From a virus (lineage: Duplodnaviria; Caudoviricetes), in IMG/VR virus record IMGVR_UViG_3300007734_000720, positions 1-51,071 of that record: 51,071 nt of DNA; one strand, 5' to 3'. The position numbers and the translations under genes are program-made. Numbering within the stretch: the stretch's first letter is position 1; every line of letters starts with the position of its first letter. The notes under the pieces were generated by a model. The model was given only the letters and a program-made list of their open reading frames with translations. It ran no database searches and was not told where the DNA came from. Of the stretch, positions 11,012-19,050 are shown one piece after another.

Positions 11012-11226
11012 TAAGCCTCACCCTTATTTCTTAAATGTCCAATACAAAAATCTGTCCCACGGGCCTTTGGGCCCTCACACGTGTCATCCTTGGCTATGCA
11101 ACGATTACGCCCAATATAAGGGCCTGATGGAGCAGCAAGGCGTGCGCCTTCTGCATGGGCAAGACGGGAGTGCTTAGTAGTTGGCTCCCCGTATAAAGTA
11201 TGAGCAAGTTTCGCCGATTGGTTCAT
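11011..11226 (-). CDS. Small Cys/His protein, copy A (71 aa)
   Basis: C-x6-C-x10-C-x2-H putative Zn site; 4 aa differences from 50774..50989. Confidence 0.75.
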   Translation of the reverse strand: MNQSAKLAHTLYGEPTTKHSRLAHAEGARLAAPSGPYIGRNRCIAKDDTCEGPKARGTDFCIGHLRNKGEA

Positions 11227-11247
11227 ACCAATAGGGCAAAATGTTAC
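11227..11247 (-). promoter_or_regulatory. Putative late promoter box
   Basis: GTAAC-ATTTTGCCC-TATTGGT-ATG; no Shine-Dalgarno. Confidence 0.65.
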
Positions 11248-11251
11248 CTAC

Positions 11252-11707
11252 TTAATACTTTGAACCCTTAGCAGGTGCTTTCTTCTTTGGTGCATACTTA
11301 CCTGCTTGTGCAGATGAACTCTTGTTAGAACCCATTGCTTCTCCACCCTTGCCACGACCTGCAGCAGAACTTTTTGGCATTGTCTTACCAAAACCACCAG
11401 CAACAGTAGCACGACCACCGGACTTCGAACCCATACCTTCACGAGCAGCACCAGCACGGTCTACACGCTTCTTGGTACCAGTTGCACCTTGAATGGCACG
11501 ACCTGAACGATACGAACCACCAACTTTAAAATCGGGCATTGTTGATTTTGCTTTACCATTACCTGGCTTGGCACGACCAAGACCCACACGAGAAGCGGCT
11601 TCGCCACTTCCACGAACTCCTGGCATACTCTCTTTTGCACGACCACCAGTTTGACGTGATGCCGAAGATGACTTTGGATACTTCTTAGGTGTTGGTGTGT
11701 AAGCCAT
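11252..11707 (-). CDS. Highly basic K/R/G/S/A-rich low-complexity protein (151 aa)
   Basis: Composition; C-terminus conserved at 51015..51071. Confidence 0.75.
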   Translation of the reverse strand: MAYTPTPKKYPKSSSASRQTGGRAKESMPGVRGSGEAASRVGLGRAKPGNGKAKSTMPDFKVGGSYRSGRAIQGATGTKKRVDRAGAAREGMGSKSGGRATVAGGFGKTMPKSSAAGRGKGGEAMGSNKSSSAQAGKYAPKKKAPAKGSKY

Positions 11708-11709
11708 AA

Positions 11710-11925
11710 TTATTTTCCGTATTCCATTCTTCGCTCAGATTTTCCTTCTGTGCGCTCGTGTTTTGGTGAATTGTTTTCAGATTTATCTGAGTTTGGACGA
11801 ACTTGATAATTCTTTTTTTGTACTGGTGGATTTGTGCTCTTACCATACAAACCTGGTGCCGTAACGGTTCCAGACTTCGGAGTTGCATCTGCGTGATTGT
11901 CTAACTGACGATACTTCTTTGGCAT
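11710..11925 (-). CDS. Hypothetical hydrophilic protein (71 aa)
   Basis: AGGAG SD upstream; fills the gap in the late operon. Confidence 0.7.
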   Translation of the reverse strand: MPKKYRQLDNHADATPKSGTVTAPGLYGKSTNPPVQKKNYQVRPNSDKSENNSPKHERTEGKSERRMEYGK

Positions 11926-11944
11926 GTTATTCTCCTAAAACTAT

Positions 11945-11986
11945 AAAAACTGTGGTGTGGGGGACTGAAAAGCCACCCACGCCACA
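11945..11986 (-). terminator. Intrinsic terminator after the capsid/decoration genes
   Basis: Minus strand TGTGGCGTGGG...CCCACACCACA stem followed by GTTTTT. Confidence 0.7.
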
Positions 11987-11997
11987 ATCTAGATTAC

Positions 11998-12420
11998 TTA
12001 CTTACGGTAAATTGATACCGTATCTGCTGCAGTGAACACACCAAGGTATGTTGCAGAAGATGCTGCTGCAACCGCAAAAGTTGCTGCTGCACCAACAAGT
12101 GTTACACCCGATGCTGCTGCAGTCACAGTAATTGCGTGAGTTGCTGCTGCAACGTTAACAACAGTAAACTCAAACGAGGTTCCTACTGCTTCGTCGGTGA
12201 ATCCTGCACCCAACAATGCGCCTGTTGGCGTTGTCAATGTGCGTGCTGCTGTTGGTGTCATTGTGTAAACCACACGACCTGCACCAGCAAGTTGTGCTGC
12301 TGTTTGAACAGTTGCTGCATCGGTAGCGGCAACAACAGTTACCTTCTCACGAAGTGCAGCCCATGTCTCTACACGCTTGCGTGTGAGAGCACCATCTGTA
12401 TCATTTGCTAATAGTGGCAT
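11998..12420 (-). CDS. Putative capsid decoration protein (140 aa)
   Basis: A/T/V-rich beta protein directly after the capsid gene, strong SD. Confidence 0.6.
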   Translation of the reverse strand: MPLLANDTDGALTRKRVETWAALREKVTVVAATDAATVQTAAQLAGAGRVVYTMTPTAARTLTTPTGALLGAGFTDEAVGTSFEFTVVNVAAATHAITVTAAASGVTLVGAAATFAVAAASSATYLGVFTAADTVSIYRK

Positions 12421-12451
12421 AATATTTCTCCTTGTTTTCTAGTTGTTGAAC

Positions 12452-13387
12452 TTAGGCTGTCTTAGCGGTCAGTTTGCCTTGCTTTGCACGGTTACGTACA
12501 GTCAAGTTGCCGTAGCACATGATGAGCGCATAGCGTGCATCTGTGTCTTCTGGCGAAATAAATGCGGTCTGTGAGAACCACTTGTCCGAGTGACCAACCA
12601 AAGTGATGTACTTGCTGTTAAGGAAGTAGAACACGCCAGCGGTGCAACCAGTGTCGTACATTACTGGAGCAGCCTTGAACAACAGGTTCTGGAATCCAGC
12701 ATCTGCGGTCTTGGTGTCCGTGTAACGGAGTGTTGGTTGAAGCAATGCTTCGTATTTTTCAAACAAAGTCTGAGTTGTCAACAGTGTGTCTGGGTGGTCA
12801 TTACCAACCGAAACGCTGTTATATGCAGTTGACATTTGAGCAAGAGTCAAAGCAGTTGCAGTGTTCTCTTCATATGACTTCCACCATGTGTAGGTGTTCG
12901 AGTCAATTCCGCCAACCGTGTTGCCGGACTCAACCAAGTTGCCAAGGCCGTTCCAGTTCTTTGAACTGTTTCCAGTTCCGTCAGCAAAAAACATCGTGTT
13001 GAAACCTTCACGCATGGACTCTTCAGCCTGCATGATTTTTGCTTCCAACAAGTTGATGATTTCAGCATCACCACTGTTCTTGGCTTCTTCAATACCTGAG
13101 ATTGAAATTGAACCAGCGTATTGACGCCATTCAAACTCTGCAGCAGAGATACCCGTTTGTGGAGTAAGCGCAATTGAGTCATAACCCGAGTACGAACCGA
13201 CAGTGTCGTTCAATCCGTAAATGAGTGGTTCAACAATTTTCGTACCGCCATTAAGCATACGAATGCGACCCTTTTCCATGAGGGTGTAAGTCAACGGACG
13301 TGCAGTAAATACGTTGTCCGTGAGGGTCTTGCGGTAATTTGCAAGGGTTGTTGTTAATAGATTGTCAAAGTTGCTATTCGCAGCCAT
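12452..13387 (-). CDS. Major capsid protein
   Basis: 311 aa after scaffold and portal; DGTGN..K...GL motif typical of HK97-fold podoviral capsids; strong SD. Confidence 0.88.
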   Translation of the reverse strand: MAANSNFDNLLTTTLANYRKTLTDNVFTARPLTYTLMEKGRIRMLNGGTKIVEPLIYGLNDTVGSYSGYDSIALTPQTGISAAEFEWRQYAGSISISGIEEAKNSGDAEIINLLEAKIMQAEESMREGFNTMFFADGTGNSSKNWNGLGNLVESGNTVGGIDSNTYTWWKSYEENTATALTLAQMSTAYNSVSVGNDHPDTLLTTQTLFEKYEALLQPTLRYTDTKTADAGFQNLLFKAAPVMYDTGCTAGVFYFLNSKYITLVGHSDKWFSQTAFISPEDTDARYALIMCYGNLTVRNRAKQGKLTAKTA

Positions 13388-13411
13388 GTAATTTTCTCCT
13401 TAAGTTAAGCG

Positions 13412-14200
13412 TTAAGCATGTTGACGCTTTGCAGCCTCAAATGCTTCTCGCAATGATGTAATTGGTTTGGCAGAAACATCAGCACTTGACGACGTTGTGC
13501 CACCACTTACAACTCCCGCTTGACGTTTTGCACTAGTGCGGGTCTGTTCGTCAGAAGCCGCTTGAGAGCGAATTTGACGAATAGCTTTCGCATCTTCGTA
13601 CACCTTGTCAAACGAAATTTGCTTGTAGACAGCCTCCAAATTGGTTGAACCTAAAGCCAAAGCCCTAGAGACAACTTCGTTTGCATCGAAGTCCTCATAT
13701 TTCGCTTGCAGCGAAGCAACAGTACGTTCCAACTCGTCAGCAGCCTTTTGATGTTCAAAAGCCTGCACTCGTTGTTCTAACTGCCGGTATTGTTTCTCAA
13801 CCGGGTCTTGGAGTTCTTCTTCCTCTTTGGTCAAAGCTGTCTCGTCTAATCCGTAATGCTGTTTCAACAATTCCAAAGTACCCTTTGGGTCGTTTTGCAA
13901 GGCTTCTTGCAATGCGCCACCAAACTGTACTTGTCGCCGTTGCTCACTGAGTTCCTGTGTCTTGCGAGTATAATCCGCTTGACGCTGGTATCCAGAAAGC
14001 GCCTCTTTAAGTGGAACCTGAACTTCTTTTCCATCAACTTGTACGGAAACATATTTGTCCCCAAACTCATCAACAGGAAGCAATTCAATTTCACGCTCGC
14101 TGAGACTTTCAATTTCTTCAATTGCTAAAGCTGTTTGTCCTTCGCTTTCTAACTCAGGGACAACTTCCTGCACCGATTCATTGCTTACTACTTCACTCAT
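13412..14200 (-). CDS. Capsid scaffolding protein
   Basis: Acidic N-terminus, VDGKE..VPL.E...GYQRQADYTRKTQEL motif, coiled coil. Confidence 0.88.
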   Translation of the reverse strand: MSEVVSNESVQEVVPELESEGQTALAIEEIESLSEREIELLPVDEFGDKYVSVQVDGKEVQVPLKEALSGYQRQADYTRKTQELSEQRRQVQFGGALQEALQNDPKGTLELLKQHYGLDETALTKEEEELQDPVEKQYRQLEQRVQAFEHQKAADELERTVASLQAKYEDFDANEVVSRALALGSTNLEAVYKQISFDKVYEDAKAIRQIRSQAASDEQTRTSAKRQAGVVSGGTTSSSADVSAKPITSLREAFEAAKRQHA

Positions 14201-14242
14201 GGAGTCCTTTCAAGGGGTTGCTCTATAGTTATATATTTATCG

Positions 14243-16114
14243 TTACATTTGTGGTGGCATGCCAGAAGGTGGTTGCTGACCACCCTGCATTTGTTGCATC
14301 AATTGCATCAATACCTCAGGAGGTAATGATGCAAGTTCAGGAGGCAATCCACCACCCATATCTTGTGGTGGCATACCTTGTGGCATTCCCTGTGGCATCA
14401 TCGGTGGCATCTGTGGAGGCATTCCTTGTGGTGGGATTCCTTGTGGTGGCATCTGCGGTTCAGGCGCAGGTGGAGCAGGTGGCTGTGGCGGTGGAGGTGG
14501 CACAATAAAAGAACCACCATCTTTAATACCAAAACCATAAGTCAAAAGATAACCAGCAAGTTTTGCCATATCAATAATGCCGGTATTAACAAACGGTGCC
14601 ATAGCGTCAACAACCTGAACGGCTTGTTGACGTCTCACAGTCTCATTCACAGGCTGAGTAGAACCACCCTCAACCTCAAAGTCAAACTCACCCTGCAAAT
14701 AGTCACGGTCGAAGTTCAGCCAAACCTGTTTAGCACCAGTTCCAGCAACACGAACAGCAGCCTCACCAGTCATGAACTCCTGAGCCAAAGCAACCAATCG
14801 ACGTGCAACCTCTGCAATCGCACGCTCAATCAAAGCAAGCTTGTCCGATGAACGAGCATTAGCAGCATCTTGAATAATGCCGGCTTCTGTCGCTGTGCGA
14901 CGAATCTCGGGCAAAGAACCACGCTGATATTCAGATACACCAGATACACGGTCAATATCACTAGAAATCAATTCAGACTGATTGTAAAACTCTGGTGGAC
15001 TAATAACCGCCGGCATCGGACCAACAACACTGCCAATACTCTCTTCCGAAATAACAGGAACCATGACGTTATCCTCGTCCGATTCAAGTGCAGACCTACC
15101 GTCGGCATCAAATGCCGACTCCTTGTACAGCCACTTACGAGAGAACCGTTTACGATGGTTCATCATCTGAGTACGAGTCTGATTCAATTCCATCTGCAAA
15201 GGCTCGATGGCTTCAAGTTCACCCATTGGATAAAAATAATCAGGTACTTCGTAGTTTGGAATCATAACAAAAGGATGTCCAAAAGAAAATGGAATATCAG
15301 TTGGATTCACAAGAAACTTCTCGCCACCATCACAGAACACAGACATCTTGCCTGAATCAATGTCATAGTATTCCCAAATCTCAACATAAGTATCTTCTGG
15401 CTCAACCGATGGTCGTGGTTTATCACGACCACGAACACCCTCTAATCCGTAACGAGAATAATGGCTAGGTTGTGCATCATTCCGAGCAACCGAATTGTAT
15501 CGCTTGTCCTTTTTGACATCAGACAGAGGTCGACGAATGCGTTGAGCAATCCAACGCATGTCAGACATCGATGTACAATCGGAATCCACAAAAACATCAA
15601 AGGGAGAAATACGCTCTACAAAAGGACGGTCTTCAGTAATAATCTGAGCAGACTCAGTTATTGACTCAGGACTCGCATCAGCAACTTCGTCAGAAACTTC
15701 GTGTTCAACATCCTTCTCAACAAAACGATAACCGGTCTTGACCCAACCATGACCACAAATCAATGTGTCCTTAACAGCACGACGAAACTCTTTCTGGCAC
15801 TCGTAATGTCTCCACCAATAGTTCACAATCGCTTCAGTCACAACTGCGTTCGGAGCCTGCTCCGACTTGCGAGCATTAACCGTAATCTTTGGGTAATTAA
15901 CGCTCACACCAGGAGCGATAACGTTGATGGTTGCAAAAGCAATGTTGACCAACAACTGGTCACTCTCTGACGACTTTACATAATGCTTACCACGGTACAT
16001 GTCAATCATACGACGCCAAAGGTCGTCGTATTTTTCTTCTTCTCGCCAACGACGTGATTGGTTAATCTTTTTGCGATAACGAGTAATCAGCTCTTGATTA
16101 GATGTCCTAGCCAT
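14243..16114 (-). CDS. Portal protein
   Basis: 623 aa; ERISPFDVFVD and RTATEA motifs of P22-like portals; P/Q/M/G-rich C-terminal tail. Confidence 0.88.
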   Translation of the reverse strand: MARTSNQELITRYRKKINQSRRWREEEKYDDLWRRMIDMYRGKHYVKSSESDQLLVNIAFATINVIAPGVSVNYPKITVNARKSEQAPNAVVTEAIVNYWWRHYECQKEFRRAVKDTLICGHGWVKTGYRFVEKDVEHEVSDEVADASPESITESAQIITEDRPFVERISPFDVFVDSDCTSMSDMRWIAQRIRRPLSDVKKDKRYNSVARNDAQPSHYSRYGLEGVRGRDKPRPSVEPEDTYVEIWEYYDIDSGKMSVFCDGGEKFLVNPTDIPFSFGHPFVMIPNYEVPDYFYPMGELEAIEPLQMELNQTRTQMMNHRKRFSRKWLYKESAFDADGRSALESDEDNVMVPVISEESIGSVVGPMPAVISPPEFYNQSELISSDIDRVSGVSEYQRGSLPEIRRTATEAGIIQDAANARSSDKLALIERAIAEVARRLVALAQEFMTGEAAVRVAGTGAKQVWLNFDRDYLQGEFDFEVEGGSTQPVNETVRRQQAVQVVDAMAPFVNTGIIDMAKLAGYLLTYGFGIKDGGSFIVPPPPPQPPAPPAPEPQMPPQGIPPQGMPPQMPPMMPQGMPQGMPPQDMGGGLPPELASLPPEVLMQLMQQMQGGQQPPSGMPPQM

Positions 16115-16566
16115 TACTTAACTCCCTTAATAGACGAACGTAATTGCCATCTCCATTTTTTATGCTGACTATCACGGTCAGCAAGAAAATTACAAATACC
16201 CTGCTCGTTGGCTTTTGTAGCTTCCTTAAATGCTTTATCAATCTGTTTAATCAAACCATCATTCATAGCAAACAAAGCAGTAGCCATATCCAAAGGATTA
16301 GGCTTAGCAGTGACAGGCTTAACAGATTGCAAGTCAGCAAAATGCTGCAAAGCAAAAGGAGCATAACAATCCAGTTTTCGTATATTCTCGGCAAGAGGGT
16401 CAATAGCAGAGTCAACATCAACGTAAATTGTTTCAAACAATTCGTGATACTGTGCAAAATCAGGTCCCTCAACATTCCAATGAAAACCATGAGCAGTAAA
16501 TTTCATTGCAACGGTGTCCGCAAGCAAAACTTTCAAACAATAATCAAGAGTGTACTTCTCAGCCAT
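16114..16566 (-). CDS. dps: Dps family ferritin-like DNA-protection protein
   Basis: HWNVEGPDFAQYHELFETIY and IDPLAENIR ferroxidase signatures; HKKWRWQL C-terminus. Confidence 0.92.
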   Translation of the reverse strand: MAEKYTLDYCLKVLLADTVAMKFTAHGFHWNVEGPDFAQYHELFETIYVDVDSAIDPLAENIRKLDCYAPFALQHFADLQSVKPVTAKPNPLDMATALFAMNDGLIKQIDKAFKEATKANEQGICNFLADRDSQHKKWRWQLRSSIKGVK

Positions 16567-16781
16567 TAGTCCTCTTTCCCAACACTGTCTTTAACACCAT
16601 CATGCCAACCAATATGCCCATCAATTTTGCTAGCAACTTTGTCCACCTTATTACCAATGAGCCGTAATAAAATGCGCCCTTCATTGTGCTGGTCGGTATT
16701 TTCTTTTCGGAGTCGTTGTAGTACGACGACAACTGGTCCCATGAGGATTGCGACGACAATGGGAACCCAGACTGGTTCCAC
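16566..16781 (-). CDS. Small single-TM membrane protein (holin/lysis-associated candidate)
   Basis: Likely GTG start at 16781; N-terminal TM VWVPIVVAILMGPVVVVL then coiled coil. Confidence 0.65.
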   Translation of the reverse strand: MEPVWVPIVVAILMGPVVVVLQRLRKENTDQHNEGRILLRLIGNKVDKVASKIDGHIGWHDGVKDSVGKED

Positions 16782-16782
16782 G

Positions 16783-17010
16783 TCACACCCACCGTTGCCC
16801 AACTGGTTCAGCCTTTATGCCAGCTGACTCAGCTTGTCGCATCTGCTCACGCTGACGCTCAACAACAGTAGGTCCATGAAAGTCCTCTTTGCCATAAGTA
16901 AAACCCCACTTAATGCCTTTGATGTGGCACTTAAAACAAATAGAGCCCCTACGAGGGAGTTCTGCCTCCATAAAAGTTGATAGGCAGTCTAAACAGCGAA
17001 ATTCTTCCAT
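16783..17010 (-). CDS. Zn-ribbon protein (75 aa)
   Basis: CLDC...CFKC. Confidence 0.75.
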   Translation of the reverse strand: MEEFRCLDCLSTFMEAELPRRGSICFKCHIKGIKWGFTYGKEDFHGPTVVERQREQMRQAESAGIKAEPVGQRWV

Positions 17011-17032
17011 AACTATTAAGACAATTCGTTAC
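17011..17032 (-). promoter_or_regulatory. Putative late promoter box
   Basis: GTAAC-GAATTGTCT-TAATAGT-T-ATG. Confidence 0.6.
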
Positions 17033-18624
17033 TAAGTACTGGACGTCGTGTTAAAAGAACCAATTCGTGCATTCTGTGGCTTAATGTCTCGAATTATGTA
17101 CTTCTCCCACCAACCCATTGTGTTCTTCATTGGAGAATCCTCAGACCGATATTCAGGCAACCAAACGTATTTCAGCATCTGATTGGTAATCGCCAAAGAC
17201 ATCACCCGGTCATCATGTGGCGAACCATGCATCTTGCCATTGGCTTCACGCACAAACGTGCGTAATTCAGCCATCGTCTTACCATCGTACAAAGAAAGAC
17301 TCTCATCACGAATAGCGGCGTTAAGTTCGTCAATAGCCAAAGGCTTTGACACAGCCGTTGTTCTCCAACCCATCGTTTCACTAATCTGTGGATTCCGATG
17401 GTTCATCTTTCGCTGACGAAAGATGTTTCTATAGCCAGACCTTTGCAAACCCTTCAAGGTGGTCAAGCCGTGATTGTTTGATTCCACACCAATCAAAGCT
17501 CGATTGTAATAATACCCAATCTCTTTCAAAACCTCTTCGCCAAAAATGTCGGGGTCTACGTGCCCATGCCAGTGTGCAACAACCATGCCAGTGTCAGCAG
17601 AAATCACATGAGCAGCACTAAAGTCTCCATGCCCAAGACCTTCTGCAACGTCTGCTCCAATAACGTAAGTCTCGCCTCGTGCGGGATAATCCCAAATAGC
17701 TAAAGCTCCACCATCTTCGTAAAAGTCATAACTATTCCTACCAGGTGATGCCTTCAAGTATCCACGGTCAGGTTCAATCGGTTCAATAAGTCGTATGGCT
17801 TCAAGGTCAAAGACCGGACGACCAGAACGAATAAACGCTTCATCTGGGTCATCAGGATATTCCTGTGCCATCTGCCAATCAGGCAAATCTGCCTTCTTGG
17901 CGTCATACCATGCTTGGTCACGGTCTCCAGCAGACCAAGGAAAAAAGATTCCAGTAAACCGATTCGTTCCAGTTTGAGAGCCAACCCACAGTTCATGGAA
18001 TATATTCCCTTCACCGTTGGCTGTGCTAAGACAGTTAACACGTCCACCTACGTCGGCAATCGGTTCAATAGATGCCCAAGCTTCAGCAGCGTTAGGGATA
18101 AACGCCATCTCGTCAATGAACACTCGATATACAGATTCTCCACGAGCAGGGTCATTGCCAGAAGGCAATGACTCAATAGCGGAGTCATTGGCAAACACCA
18201 TCTTCAATTGGTTATCGGACAGCAGGTCAGGCCCACGTTGCCGAACCCAGTTCGGCATCATCTTGTAACCGTACTTGGTTTTCTGCAGCAACTTGGCTGC
18301 TTCACGCTCAGTGCGGGAAAGCATTACGGTAAATCGGTCAGACCAAAAGAACTGTTCCCAAAAGGTAAATGTGGCAGCCAGAGTGGAGAATCCAATCTGG
18401 CGAGCTTTCAAAACAATCGTGTATCGGTCATCAATCCAACAACGCACAGTTTCAATTTGTGCTTGACGCATTTCAAACTTGATACGACCACGCTCAGGAT
18501 GTCTGATGTGCCAATAGTTGGAGCAGAAATGGGAGAACGCAGCCACCAGTTCTTCGGTGGTTGCGTTCTCTGGACCTTTACACTTGCGCCATTCCTTCTC
18601 ATTGAGAAGGTCTGTGAGTTCCAT
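17032..18624 (-). CDS. terL: Terminase large subunit
   Basis: LKARQIGFST Walker A, FIDEMAF Walker B, STANG motif III, IGADVAEG and HDDRVMS nuclease motifs. Confidence 0.95.
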   Translation of the reverse strand: MELTDLLNEKEWRKCKGPENATTEELVAAFSHFCSNYWHIRHPERGRIKFEMRQAQIETVRCWIDDRYTIVLKARQIGFSTLAATFTFWEQFFWSDRFTVMLSRTEREAAKLLQKTKYGYKMMPNWVRQRGPDLLSDNQLKMVFANDSAIESLPSGNDPARGESVYRVFIDEMAFIPNAAEAWASIEPIADVGGRVNCLSTANGEGNIFHELWVGSQTGTNRFTGIFFPWSAGDRDQAWYDAKKADLPDWQMAQEYPDDPDEAFIRSGRPVFDLEAIRLIEPIEPDRGYLKASPGRNSYDFYEDGGALAIWDYPARGETYVIGADVAEGLGHGDFSAAHVISADTGMVVAHWHGHVDPDIFGEEVLKEIGYYYNRALIGVESNNHGLTTLKGLQRSGYRNIFRQRKMNHRNPQISETMGWRTTAVSKPLAIDELNAAIRDESLSLYDGKTMAELRTFVREANGKMHGSPHDDRVMSLAITNQMLKYVWLPEYRSEDSPMKNTMGWWEKYIIRDIKPQNARIGSFNTTSST

Positions 18625-18869
18625 TATGCTTTCTTTTTAGCAGCCTTCTTGACAGTCAAAGGCTTGCCCTGTGATGTCTTAGAACCGATGAACGATGCAA
18701 CAGTTGGGTCGCCAATCTTGGTGGAAGCCCATGACAATCCTGCAGCCACCAATGGCATCGCCATTGCTGTCAAAGCAGCATCAACATTGTACTTCACGCA
18801 CAAGTACACAACAATACCCAAAACACCACCCTTGGCGGTCTGGTCAACTGACTGATTATTATTTTTCAC
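18624..18869 (-). CDS. Small two-TM membrane protein (holin candidate)
   Basis: Likely GTG start at 18869; two hydrophobic segments and basic tail KKAAKKKA. Confidence 0.6.
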   Translation of the reverse strand: MKNNNQSVDQTAKGGVLGIVVYLCVKYNVDAALTAMAMPLVAAGLSWASTKIGDPTVASFIGSKTSQGKPLTVKKAAKKKA

Positions 18870-19029
18870 TGGTATCTCCAAAGATAGCACCGAGTAGGTG
18901 AATGGCTATTGCTACTAATGTGATTTGAATACCAAAGACCCTCGTAGAACCTGACAACGTAATCAGCACCATTCCAGTGCCGGCTAGAGTCCAGGTCAAA
19001 CCGTGGATTTCAGAAAGTATTTTCTTCAC
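18859..19029 (-). CDS. Small two-TM membrane protein (56 aa), missing from ORF track
   Basis: (M)KKILSEIHGLTWTLAGTGMVLITLSGSTRVFGIQITLVAIAIHLLGAIFGDTSEK; fills the gap, preceded by the late box. Confidence 0.75.
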   Translation of the reverse strand: MKKILSEIHGLTWTLAGTGMVLITLSGSTRVFGIQITLVAIAIHLLGAIFGDTSEK

Positions 19030-19050
19030 ACCTATAGTGCTGGCTGTTAC
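19030..19050 (-). promoter_or_regulatory. Putative late promoter box
   Basis: GTAAC-AGCCAGCAC-TATAGGT-GTG. Confidence 0.65.

Larger units (their letters stand above)
1..11308. repeat. Copy A of diverged 11.3 kb direct repeat (ejection/tail gene block)
   Basis: Collinear with 39482-51071; position 1 aligns to 39482 and TTACCTGCTTG at 11298-11308 aligns to 51061-51071. Confidence 0.97.

Noticed and set aside
14243-14500. P/Q/M/G low-complexity repeat at the portal C-terminus as a novel element
   Set aside because: Such tails are common on podoviral portals; no additional signal
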